In this document: positions 36,156 to 45,144 of the stretch, one piece after another | Position numbering within the stretch: the first letter of the stretch is position 1 | Layout of the letters: each line of letters opens with the position of its first letter | DNA from: Prevotella sp. | GTDB lineage: Bacteria > Bacteroidota > Bacteroidia > Bacteroidales > Bacteroidaceae | Assembly (NCBI GenBank): GCA_045131435.1 | Contig: JBGUQW010000110.1 | Location: forward strand, 177-64,176 | Direction: 5' to 3' | DNA: 64,000 nt | The notes under the pieces: generated by a model | The model's database searches: none | The model's input: only the letters and a program-made list of their open reading frames with translations | Told to the model about the DNA's origin: nothing | Program-made: the position numbers and the translations under genes

Positions 36156-37418
36156 TCAGCTTTTTGATAATTCCACCCAGAACACGGAGCCTTTCCCCAG
36201 TTCTGAAGCGACGCCGACGTTACCCCCCAGCGTCAGTGCCATGCTACGGCAGATGCTCAATCCTAGTCCCATGCCAGGTACGAACTCATTGACCTTGACA
36301 AAGCGTTCAAACAAAGCATCGTTGCACTTATCGGCAGGGATACCCTGTCCTGTATCACGCACCCAGATACGCCAGTGACTGCCTGTATCATCACATCCCA
36401 GGGTTATTTTCCCTTCAAGCGTAAACTTGATGGCATTGTCGATATATTGGTTCAGTATTTCTCGCAAACGGTCACGGTCGGTATGGAGTACCGGCATGGT
36501 CTCTTCGTCCTCAATCTCCAGGGCTAGTCCCTTTATTTCCGCCCTGACTACATATTTTTCCTTCAATGAAGTCATGAGCGACTGCAGTTGGAATTCCGAG
36601 CGTTTTATCTCTCCGCCGCCACGTGCCTCCAACTTCGACATATTGACAATGTCGTCAAACAGGCGCAGCAGCTGGTTATTGCTCTGACTGATCATCGACA
36701 CCAGATGTTGGCGTTCCTCATCGTCTTCCACCATCGGCAGTACTTCGCTGAATCCTACAATGGCATTCAGCGGCGTACGTATCTCGTGACTGATATTGGC
36801 CAGGAAGGCAGATTTCAGGCGGTCGCTCTCTTCGGCATGGAACAGCGCATCCATCAATGCCTGCTCTATCTCTTTCTGCTGGTCGATGCGTCTGGTTGTG
36901 CCCACCAAGGTCAGCGGCTTGCCCTTGGCATCTCTTTTCTCTATCGTCACAAAAGTCTCGCTCCAATAACTTTCCTCGCTGTGGGGTTTCCGCATCTTGT
37001 ATTGAATGTGGAAGTTGTCAGTCATACCTGTTGCCACATCGTGCAGTCCTTTCCTGATGACGTCCTGGTATTCAGGGGACAGCTGCTCGATAATAGTTTC
37101 AGTAGTGGCATTCGACGGAGGGTCGATGTTATCGGTAAATTCCCGGTAGTCACTGTTGATGCTGACTGCACGTGTTGGTACATCAACACGCCAGATACAC
37201 AGTTTCATGGCTTTGATGACCATCTCATATTCAATGGAGTAGCGCTGCATCTTCTTCATCTGGGCCAGTTCGCTGTCCAGCATCTTCTTCTGGCGATACT
37301 GATACCATAACAACCATATTGCCCCCACCATCAGCGGGAGACCTACGACCCATGCCAGGATGTCCAGCCTCAGCATGGATTCAAGGGCAAAAAGCAGTGT
37401 CATTGCAGTTGCTACCAT
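36156..37418 (-). CDS. sensor histidine kinase (two TM segments, PAS-like, HisKA, HATPase_c)
   Basis: H-box FLANISHEIRTPLNAI, N-box YIDNAIKFT, G-boxes DTGQGI and GMGLGLSI. There is no adjacent response regulator. Confidence 0.9.
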   Translation of the reverse strand: MVATAMTLLFALESMLRLDILAWVVGLPLMVGAIWLLWYQYRQKKMLDSELAQMKKMQRYSIEYEMVIKAMKLCIWRVDVPTRAVSINSDYREFTDNIDPPSNATTETIIEQLSPEYQDVIRKGLHDVATGMTDNFHIQYKMRKPHSEESYWSETFVTIEKRDAKGKPLTLVGTTRRIDQQKEIEQALMDALFHAEESDRLKSAFLANISHEIRTPLNAIVGFSEVLPMVEDDEERQHLVSMISQSNNQLLRLFDDIVNMSKLEARGGGEIKRSEFQLQSLMTSLKEKYVVRAEIKGLALEIEDEETMPVLHTDRDRLREILNQYIDNAIKFTLEGKITLGCDDTGSHWRIWVRDTGQGIPADKCNDALFERFVKVNEFVPGMGLGLSICRSMALTLGGNVGVASELGKGSVFWVELSKS

Positions 37419-37551
37419 TGACCTATTTGCATAATTGCGGGCAAAATTACAAAATAATTATGAATTATGCTTAGAAATTATATTTTATTTGTAACTTTCA
37501 CCCCTGGTAAAGTTACTTTCGCTCGGAAATGAAAAGAAAAAACAGTTTTTC

Positions 37552-37587
37552 TTTTGTATTTTGCTCGCTTATTCGTAACTTTGCAGC
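37552..37587 (+). promoter_or_regulatory. promoter block with TTTG (-33) and TAACTTTG (-7), for the methyltransferase gene
   Basis: 32 of 36 nt are identical to the block at 42657-42692. Confidence 0.6.
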
Positions 37588-37606
37588 ATATTTATTGAAA
37601 TACATC

Positions 37607-39118
37607 ATGACACAGGAATTTGAAATGATCGCCAAGACCTTCATGGGACTGGAACCTGTCTTGGCGAAAGAACTGACGCAGCTGGGCGCCAACAATGTGC
37701 AAGAAGGACGAAGAATGGTGTCCTTCACCGGTGACAAGGAACTGATGTACCGGGCTAATTTCCAACTGCATACTGCCATCCGCATACTGAAACCCATCAA
37801 ACACTTCAAGGCACTGTCGGCTGACGATGTCTACGAAGGTGTCAAGACCGTCGACTGGTCGGATTATATTGCCCTCGACAAGACCTTTGCCGTCGACTCA
37901 GTGGTATTCTCCGAGGAGTTCCGCCACTCGAAGTTCGTGGCATACAAGGTCAAGGACGCCATTGTCGACCAGTTCCGCGAGAAAACGGGAAAGCGTCCGA
38001 ACATCAGCGTCACCAACCCTGACCTCAGGCTGCATATCCATATTGCCGACGTGGCACCGGGCAAGAGTGAATGTACGCTGTGCCTCGACTCCAGCGGCGA
38101 GTCGCTGCACCGCCGAGGCTACCGGCAAGAATCGGTGGAAGCTCCCCTCAACGAGGTGTTGGCCGCCGGCATGATTCTCATGACGGGCTGGCACGGCGAG
38201 TGCGACTTCATCGACCCCATGTGCGGCTCCGGAACGCTGCTCATCGAGGCTGCCCTCATTGCACGTAACATGGCACCGGGCCTATTCCGCAAGGAGTTTG
38301 CCTTCGAAAAGTGGCCCGACTTCGATGCCGACCTCTTCGACGAAATCTACAACGACGACTCCCGGGAACGTGAGTTCACCCATCATATCTATGGCTACGA
38401 TGTCGATATCAAGGCCGTCAATACAGCCCGTCTCAATGTCAAGGCAGCCGGTCTGACCAGCAATATCACCATCCAGGAACAAGACTTCAAGGACTTCACG
38501 CAGCCCAGGGATAAGAGTATCATGGTGACCAATCCACCCTACGGTGAACGTATCTCTACGAACGACCTGCTAGGTACGTATAAGATGATTGGCGAGCGTC
38601 TGAAACACCAGTTTACCGGCAACGATGCTTGGGTGCTATCCTATCGTGAGGAGTGTTTCGACCAGATTGGCCTGAAGCCCAGCATCAAGATTCCCCTGTT
38701 CAACGGCAGCCTGGAATGCGAGTTCCGCAAATACCAGATGTTCGACGGCAAGATGAAGGTTTTCCGTGAAGAGGGTGGCGTTGTAAAGACCGAGGAGGAG
38801 AAGCAGAAGATGGCTGAGAAGCACCGTTTCCGCAAGGAGCGTGAGTTCAAAAAGCGCCTCGACGAACAGGAAGAGAACGAGGGTAGCGACATCCGCAGCT
38901 TCAAATTCCACTCGCTGGAGCATAAAGAGCCCCGGAAGCCCCGTGAGCCCCGTGAAGCGAGAGACTCCCGAAAGCCGAGAGATGCCAGGGATTCCCGAAG
39001 TTCCAGAGATTTCCGTGATTCCCGAAAGCCCCGTGGTCCCCGTGACTCCCGTGACTTCAGGAAGGGCAAGTATCCCAAAAAGAACCAAAGCAGATTCAAC
39101 GACGATGACGAAGATTAA
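37607..39118 (+). CDS. THUMP-domain class I SAM-dependent RNA methyltransferase (RlmL/K-like) with an Arg/Asp/Ser-rich repeat tail
   Basis: DPMCGSGTLLIEA SAM motif and NPPYGERI motif. The start is at ATG 37607, downstream of the TAACTTTG box at 37576-37583. Confidence 0.85.
   Translation: MTQEFEMIAKTFMGLEPVLAKELTQLGANNVQEGRRMVSFTGDKELMYRANFQLHTAIRILKPIKHFKALSADDVYEGVKTVDWSDYIALDKTFAVDSVVFSEEFRHSKFVAYKVKDAIVDQFREKTGKRPNISVTNPDLRLHIHIADVAPGKSECTLCLDSSGESLHRRGYRQESVEAPLNEVLAAGMILMTGWHGECDFIDPMCGSGTLLIEAALIARNMAPGLFRKEFAFEKWPDFDADLFDEIYNDDSREREFTHHIYGYDVDIKAVNTARLNVKAAGLTSNITIQEQDFKDFTQPRDKSIMVTNPPYGERISTNDLLGTYKMIGERLKHQFTGNDAWVLSYREECFDQIGLKPSIKIPLFNGSLECEFRKYQMFDGKMKVFREEGGVVKTEEEKQKMAEKHRFRKEREFKKRLDEQEENEGSDIRSFKFHSLEHKEPRKPREPREARDSRKPRDARDSRSSRDFRDSRKPRGPRDSRDFRKGKYPKKNQSRFNDDDED
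38963..39070 (+). repeat. 4 x 27-bp tandem repeat encoding DSRxxRxxR nonapeptides (methyltransferase tail)
   Basis: Units start at 38963, 38990, 39017 and 39044 (gaYtcccgaaag...). Confidence 0.8.
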
Positions 39119-41366
39119 GCATGGTATTCTCCCACCTAAAGGTAGGAGTGTGGCGTTGCGAAGGGTAATAGTTGTTTGGTGTTGGGTGATAGGTGTTGGA
39201 TGTTGGCTGTTACCTTGTGACATGAAAGCTCAGGACAAACTCTTTACGCTGGAAGACCTCAACTTCGGTGGCACCAACTACCGCAACATGCAGCCCGAGA
39301 ACATGTGGCTTACATGGTGGGGCGACCAGCTGGTACAGACCGATGTGGAAGAATGTAACCTCATCGATGTCAAGACCGGTAGGAAGCAGCAGCTCTTTAC
39401 CCTCGACGACATCAACAAATGGGCAGACAGCGACGAAGAAGCCAACCGCTATGTACGACACCTGATGAATGTCACCTTCCCCTACCCTGACCAGCCACTG
39501 GTGGCTGTAGGCAACAAGAAGGCATTCCTGCTCGTCGACTTCAAAGCCCACCAGGTGGTGTGGCAAGACAGCATCTCTGGTCAAGAGGCCAACGACTGGA
39601 GCACGCCGTCGCGAGCCACTGCCTATGTGGACGGCCACCAGCTCTTCATCGTCGACGGACAGGGCCGGAAACACCAGCTGACCACCGACGGCAGCCGTAG
39701 CGTGGTGTACGGATCCCCCGTACACCGAAACGAGTTCGGTATCAACAAGGGAACCTTCTGGAGTCCCGATGGCCAGCGCCTGGCCTTCTATCGCATGGAC
39801 CAGTCCATGGTTGCCGACTATCCGCAGGTCGACATCTTCCCCCGTGAGGCCACCTACGAGCCCGACAAGTATCCCATGGCCGGCATGACGAGCCACGTGG
39901 TGACCGTCGGTGTCTACGACCTCAAGACCGGCAAGACCGTCTATTTGAAAACCCCTAACGGCAGTGTGGTCGGTGATTCCGTCACCGACCCAAGCCCCGT
40001 TTACTTCACAAACATCGCCTGGAGTCCCGACGGCAGCACCATCTACATGTTTGAGCTGAACCGCGACCAGAATGACTGCCGCCTTGTCAGCTATGATGCT
40101 GTGACGGGAGAGCGAATGGCCGAGCTCTACCGCGAGACCAGCGACAAATACGTCGAACCAATGCACCCCATCCAATTCCTGCCCTGGGATTCCGACAAGT
40201 TCGTCATGCAGAGCCAGCGCGACGGCTTCAACCACCTATATATATATAATAAGGAGGGGAAGCTCCTGAAGCAGCTCACTAGTGGCCCGTGGGTGGTACA
40301 GAAGGTGCTGGGCTTCAACAGCAGGCAAAAGAGCATCATCTTCGAAGCCAACAAGTACCATCACCTGCACCGCCAAATATACAGTGTCAGCGTCAATAGT
40401 GGAAAAATCACGCAGCTTACGGTAGAAGACGGCGTTCATCGTGGAGAGCTGTCGGCAACGGGCGCTTTCCTCATCGACCGCCACTCAGCACCCAATGTGC
40501 CCCGCAACATCAACGTGGTCAACGTATCCAGCGGGAAAACCGCTGGACACTCGCTCCGCCTCCTGACCGCCGCAGACCCGTGGGCCGGCTACCAGCAGCC
40601 CCTCTTCGAGTGCGGCTCCATCAAGGCCGCCGACGGACGTACCGACCTATACTACCGCATGGTGAAGCCTGCCGACTTCGACCCGGCAAAGAATTACCCC
40701 ACCGTGGTCTACGTCTATGGCGGTCCTCACGCCCACAACGTCGAGGCCAGCTGGCACTGGTACAGTCGTACATGGGAAACGTATATGGCACAGAAGGGCT
40801 ACATCATCTTCATTCTCGATAACAGAGGCTCTGAATACCGGGGGCGCGACTTCGAGCAGGCAACCTTCCGACAGCTGGGACAAGTCGAGATGCAGGATCA
40901 GATGCAGGGCGTAGCATTCCTAAAGACCCTGCCGTATGTTGACGCCGACAGAATCGGTGTCCACGGCTGGTCGTTCGGCGGCTTCATGACCATCTCGCTC
41001 ATGCTTAACTACCCCGACGTGTTCAAGGTCGGCGTTGCCGGAGGACCCGTCATTGACTGGAAGTGGTACGAGGTGATGTATGGCGAGCGCTATATGGACA
41101 CACCCCTGCAAAACCCCGAGGGCTACGAGAAAACCAGCCTTATCAACAAGGCCGCCAACCTGAAGGGACGCCTGCAGATTATTACGGGCTACAACGACAA
41201 CACCGTCGTACCCCAGCACTGCCTGTCGTTCCTCGACGCCTGCATCAAGGCCGGCACCCAGCCCGACTTCTTCGCCTACCCCGGCGAGGGTCACAACATG
41301 CGGGGACATGCCAGCGTCCATCTGCATGAGCGTATCACCCGGTATTTTGAAGACTACCTGAAATAG
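39105..41366 (+). CDS. S9-family serine peptidase, dipeptidyl-peptidase IV-like
   Basis: DPP-IV-type propeller block WSPDGQRLAFYRMDQS and nucleophile motif HGWSFGGFM. The start choice (ATG 39105, overlapping the upstream stop) is tentative. ATG at about 39222 is the alternative. Confidence 0.82.
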   Translation: MTKIKHGILPPKGRSVALRRVIVVWCWVIGVGCWLLPCDMKAQDKLFTLEDLNFGGTNYRNMQPENMWLTWWGDQLVQTDVEECNLIDVKTGRKQQLFTLDDINKWADSDEEANRYVRHLMNVTFPYPDQPLVAVGNKKAFLLVDFKAHQVVWQDSISGQEANDWSTPSRATAYVDGHQLFIVDGQGRKHQLTTDGSRSVVYGSPVHRNEFGINKGTFWSPDGQRLAFYRMDQSMVADYPQVDIFPREATYEPDKYPMAGMTSHVVTVGVYDLKTGKTVYLKTPNGSVVGDSVTDPSPVYFTNIAWSPDGSTIYMFELNRDQNDCRLVSYDAVTGERMAELYRETSDKYVEPMHPIQFLPWDSDKFVMQSQRDGFNHLYIYNKEGKLLKQLTSGPWVVQKVLGFNSRQKSIIFEANKYHHLHRQIYSVSVNSGKITQLTVEDGVHRGELSATGAFLIDRHSAPNVPRNINVVNVSSGKTAGHSLRLLTAADPWAGYQQPLFECGSIKAADGRTDLYYRMVKPADFDPAKNYPTVVYVYGGPHAHNVEASWHWYSRTWETYMAQKGYIIFILDNRGSEYRGRDFEQATFRQLGQVEMQDQMQGVAFLKTLPYVDADRIGVHGWSFGGFMTISLMLNYPDVFKVGVAGGPVIDWKWYEVMYGERYMDTPLQNPEGYEKTSLINKAANLKGRLQIITGYNDNTVVPQHCLSFLDACIKAGTQPDFFAYPGEGHNMRGHASVHLHERITRYFEDYLK
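39171..39211 (+). repeat. degenerate GT-rich heptamer array inside the 5' end of the S9 peptidase gene
   Basis: gttgtttggtgttgggtgataggtgttggatgttggctgtt, read in sense as VVWCWVIGVGCWLL. Confidence 0.65.
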
Positions 41367-41390
41367 CTGAGAATTGAGAGTTGAGAATTA
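41367..41390 (+). repeat. heptamer array CTGAGAA/TTGAGAG/TTGAGAA between the S9 peptidase gene and serB
   Basis: TGA at 7-nt spacing falls in all three + frames. Confidence 0.75.
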
Positions 41391-42619
41391 TGAAAGAAGA
41401 GCAGATATTAGTCCGCATTACAGGTCAGGACCGGCCGGGGCTGACAGCAGCCGTCATGAGCATCCTGGCCAAGTACGACGCACAGATACTCGACATCGGT
41501 CAGGCCGACATCCACAGCACACTGTCATTAGGCATCCTCATCCGCATGGATGACACAAAGTCGGGCTTTGCCATGAAGGAATTGTTGTTCAAGGCCACCG
41601 AGCTGGGTGTCAACATCATGTTCTCACCCATCACCGACGATGAGTACGAAGACTGGGTGGGCCATCAGGGCAAGAACCGCTACATCCTCATGGTGATGGG
41701 GCGACAGCTGGAGGCCAGCCAGATAGCTGCCGCCACCAGCATCATTGCCGACCAGGGACTGAACATCGACAGCATCCTGCGCCTGACAGGCCGCAAGAGC
41801 ATCAAGCAACTGGACAAGCACACGCGTGCCTGCATACAGTTCTCGCTGCGTGGAGAACCCATCAACCGCCAGGAGATGCAGGGCAAGCTGATGCGCATGT
41901 CGTCGGAGATGGGCATTGACTTCTCGTTCCAGCGCGACGACATGTTCCGGCGCATGCGTCGCCTCATCTGCTTCGATATGGACTCAACACTCATCCAGAC
42001 GGAGTGCATCGACGAGCTAGCTGAGCGCAACGGCGTCGGTGCCCAGGTCAGGGCCATCACCGAGAGTGCCATGCGCGGCGAGATAGACTTCAAGGAGAGT
42101 TTTACCCGCCGTGTCAGCCTACTCAAGGGTCTCGACGTCAGCGTCATGCAGGACATTGCCGAGCATCTGCCAATAACTGAAGGTGTCGACCGCCTCATGT
42201 CCATCCTCAAGACCTGCGGCTACAAGATTGCCATCCTCAGCGGCGGCTTCACTTATTTCGGTGAGTACCTGCAGCGCAAGTACGGCATCGACTATGTCTA
42301 TGCCAACGAGCTGGAGATTGGCGACGATGGCAAGCTGACGGGCCGCTATGTCGGCGAGATTGTCGACGGCCACCGAAAGGCCGAGCTACTGAAACTCATC
42401 GCACAGGTCGAGAAGGTGAACCTCGCACAGACTATTGCCGTGGGTGACGGTGCCAACGACCTCCCCATGATCAGTCAGGCCGGACTGGGCATCGCCTTCC
42501 ACGCCAAGCCACGCGTGGTGGCCAATGCCAAACAGAGCATAAACACCATCGGACTCGACGGCGTCCTCTATTTCCTCGGTTTCAAAGACTCTTACCTCGG
42601 TGAACAAGGTAAGCTATAG
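41390..42619 (+). CDS. serB: phosphoserine phosphatase with N-terminal ACT-like domains
   Basis: HAD motif I FDMDSTLI and motif GDGANDLPM. Two ACT-like repeats sit in the N-terminal part. Confidence 0.9.
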   Translation: MKEEQILVRITGQDRPGLTAAVMSILAKYDAQILDIGQADIHSTLSLGILIRMDDTKSGFAMKELLFKATELGVNIMFSPITDDEYEDWVGHQGKNRYILMVMGRQLEASQIAAATSIIADQGLNIDSILRLTGRKSIKQLDKHTRACIQFSLRGEPINRQEMQGKLMRMSSEMGIDFSFQRDDMFRRMRRLICFDMDSTLIQTECIDELAERNGVGAQVRAITESAMRGEIDFKESFTRRVSLLKGLDVSVMQDIAEHLPITEGVDRLMSILKTCGYKIAILSGGFTYFGEYLQRKYGIDYVYANELEIGDDGKLTGRYVGEIVDGHRKAELLKLIAQVEKVNLAQTIAVGDGANDLPMISQAGLGIAFHAKPRVVANAKQSINTIGLDGVLYFLGFKDSYLGEQGKL

Positions 42620-42656
42620 TCTCTTACACTCGACAATGAAAATAAATCGTTATTTA

Positions 42657-42692
42657 TTTTGTATTGTCCTCGCTTATTCGTACCTTTGTAGC
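42657..42692 (+). promoter_or_regulatory. promoter block with TTTG (-33) and TACCTTTG (-7), for the GH2 gene
   Basis: 32 of 36 nt are identical to the block at 37552-37587. Confidence 0.6.
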
Positions 42693-42693
42693 C

Positions 42694-45102
42694 ATGAAAT
42701 ACAATAGAACGATGATGAATATGAGACGACTTTTGGCTGTAGGCTTATGCCTGACGGCTTTTGGCCTTTCGACGCAGGCCCGTGAACATAAGAATTTCGA
42801 TAATGACTGGTTGTTCCAGCTTGGTGACTCTGCCAATCTGGCCAGTCCGGATTATAAAGACGGCCACTGGCGCAGGCTGAACCTGCCGCACGACTGGGCC
42901 ATCGAGGGTGACTTCCAGGCATCGAACCCCAGCGGTGCCGGCGGCGGTGCGCTGCCTGGCGGCGTAGGGTGGTACCGTAAGCACTTCAGCGTAGGCGATC
43001 CTGCCAAGTACTTCATTGAGTTCGACGGTGTGTACATGAACGCTACGGTGTACATCAACGGTGAGTGGCTGGGCACCCGTCCCTACGGCTACAGTTCGTT
43101 TGAGTATGACATCACCAATTACCTGCGTGCCGGCGACAATGTCATAGCCGTGCGTGTGGACAACAGCGACCAGCCTAACTCCCGTTGGTATTCGGGCTGC
43201 GGCATCTACCGCCATGTGTGGTTTACCAAGGCTAACCCCGTGCACGTCAAGCACTGGGGCGTGCATGTGCAGACGAACGTCAAAAAGAGTCAGGTGAGCA
43301 TCAGTGCTGACGTGGCAGGACGGAACTACAGCGTGCTGAACACTGTCTTTGATGCCCGGGGCCAAGAGGTTGGCCGCGGCTCAGGAAAGAGCACGAAGGT
43401 GAAGGTCAAGAATCCCAGGATGTGGTCGCCGGAGAGTCCAAATATCTATAAGGTACGCACGCAGGTGCTGGTAGGCAGCCAGGTGGTCGACGAGGTCTGG
43501 ACCACCACGGCCTTCCGTGACTTCCGCTTCGATGCGAAGACGGGCTTCTGGCTGAACGGCAAGAACATGAAGCTGAACGGTGTCTGCGAACACCATGACT
43601 TCGGCTGTCTGGGTGCTGCCGTGTATGAGGACGCCCTGCACCGCAAGCTCACGAAGCTGAAGGCGATGGGTGTCAACGCCATCCGCTCCAGCCATAACCC
43701 GCCGGCTCCAGAGCTGCTGAACATGTGCGACACGATGGGATTCATCGTCATGGACGAAAGCTTCGACATGTGGCGTCGCCGCAAGACACAGAACGACTAT
43801 GCTCGCTTCTTCGACAAGTGGCACGAGCGCGACCTGACGGATCTGGTGCTGCGCGACCGCAACCATCCCTGCATTCTGATGTGGTCTATCGGCAACGAGG
43901 TGCTGGAGCAGTGGTCGAGTGCCGAGGCTGACACGCTGACGCTGGAGCAGGCCAACCTCATCTTGAATGCCGGTCACGACAAGTCGACGCTGGCCAAGGA
44001 GGGCGAGATGAGCGTCAACACGCTGCTTGCCGACCACCTGAGCGACATTGTGCGCCGCTACGACACCACACGTCCAATCACCGCAGGCTGTAACGAACCG
44101 GCACCGGGCAACCACCTGTTCCGTGGCAAGGCCATCGACATCATCGGCTTCAATTACCACCATGAGTGGATTAAGGATGTGCCGAAGAACTTCCCCAACC
44201 GTCCGTTCATCATGACTGAGAGTGTGTCGGCCCTGCAGACCAACGGCTACTACATGATGCCCAGCGACGTGATACGCAAGGCTCCGAAGGAGTGGTGGCT
44301 GCCGTATACCGACCCCACCTTCATGTGTTCGGCATACGATAACATGCATGCTTCGTGGTCGAGTACCCATGAGCAGACATGGGACGTGGTGAAGCATACG
44401 CCGTATGTGGGCGGACAGTTCATCTGGACGGGCTTCGACTACATCGGCGAGCCTACCCCCTACTCGTTCCCAGCACGCAGCAGCTATTTCGGTATTATCG
44501 ACCTGGCCGGCCAGCCCAAGGACATCTACTATATGTACCAGAGCGAGTGGACTGCGAAGCCTGTGCTGCACCTCTTCCCCCACTGGAACTGGCTCGAAGG
44601 GCAGGAGATTGACATGTGGTGCTACTACAACAATGCCGACGAGGTCGAATTGTTTGTTAACGGTCAGTCCAAGGGTGTGCGTGCCAAGAAGGACGGGCAC
44701 CAGTATCATGTCATGTGGCGTGTAACCTTCGAACCGGGTGAGGTAAAGGTGGTGGCCCGCAAGAACGGACAGGTAGTGCGCGAGCAGGCCATCCGTACGG
44801 CCGGACAACCCGACCACGTCCAGCTGACTATAGACTATAAGGGCAAGGATCTGACCTTCGTTCAGGCCGTGGTCGTCGACAAGGACGGCAACCGCTGTCC
44901 GTGGGCCGAGAACCAGCTATTCTTCTCTGCCACCAACGGTGCCAAGGTCATTGCCACCGACAATGGCCGCCAGACGTCGATGGAGCGTTTCACGGCTCCT
45001 GAGCGCAAGGCTTTCTTCGGCCGCTGCATCGCCGTCGTAAAAGGTCGTGGCATTGTTACTGCCCGCGCCATCGGTCTGAAGACTCAGACCATTCGTCTTT
45101 AA
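42694..45102 (+). CDS. glycoside hydrolase family 2 (beta-galactosidase-like)
   Basis: HWRRLNLPHDWAIEG, the acid/base block MWSIGNE, and a signal peptide MRRLLAVGLCLTAFGLSTQA. The start is ambiguous between 42694 and 42721. Confidence 0.88.
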   Translation: MKYNRTMMNMRRLLAVGLCLTAFGLSTQAREHKNFDNDWLFQLGDSANLASPDYKDGHWRRLNLPHDWAIEGDFQASNPSGAGGGALPGGVGWYRKHFSVGDPAKYFIEFDGVYMNATVYINGEWLGTRPYGYSSFEYDITNYLRAGDNVIAVRVDNSDQPNSRWYSGCGIYRHVWFTKANPVHVKHWGVHVQTNVKKSQVSISADVAGRNYSVLNTVFDARGQEVGRGSGKSTKVKVKNPRMWSPESPNIYKVRTQVLVGSQVVDEVWTTTAFRDFRFDAKTGFWLNGKNMKLNGVCEHHDFGCLGAAVYEDALHRKLTKLKAMGVNAIRSSHNPPAPELLNMCDTMGFIVMDESFDMWRRRKTQNDYARFFDKWHERDLTDLVLRDRNHPCILMWSIGNEVLEQWSSAEADTLTLEQANLILNAGHDKSTLAKEGEMSVNTLLADHLSDIVRRYDTTRPITAGCNEPAPGNHLFRGKAIDIIGFNYHHEWIKDVPKNFPNRPFIMTESVSALQTNGYYMMPSDVIRKAPKEWWLPYTDPTFMCSAYDNMHASWSSTHEQTWDVVKHTPYVGGQFIWTGFDYIGEPTPYSFPARSSYFGIIDLAGQPKDIYYMYQSEWTAKPVLHLFPHWNWLEGQEIDMWCYYNNADEVELFVNGQSKGVRAKKDGHQYHVMWRVTFEPGEVKVVARKNGQVVREQAIRTAGQPDHVQLTIDYKGKDLTFVQAVVVDKDGNRCPWAENQLFFSATNGAKVIATDNGRQTSMERFTAPERKAFFGRCIAVVKGRGIVTARAIGLKTQTIRL

Positions 45103-45144
45103 GATTTCCTACAGCTACTGCCATGAGCTCTTGACTGATCTGTT

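Noticed and set aside
38636-39223. Minus-strand ORFs of 195 and 152 aa, plus the N-terminal extension of plus-strand ORF 38841.
   Set aside because: They are generated by the 27-bp tandem repeats of the methyltransferase tail, which are open in several frames. The plus-strand extension merely precedes the real S9 peptidase start.
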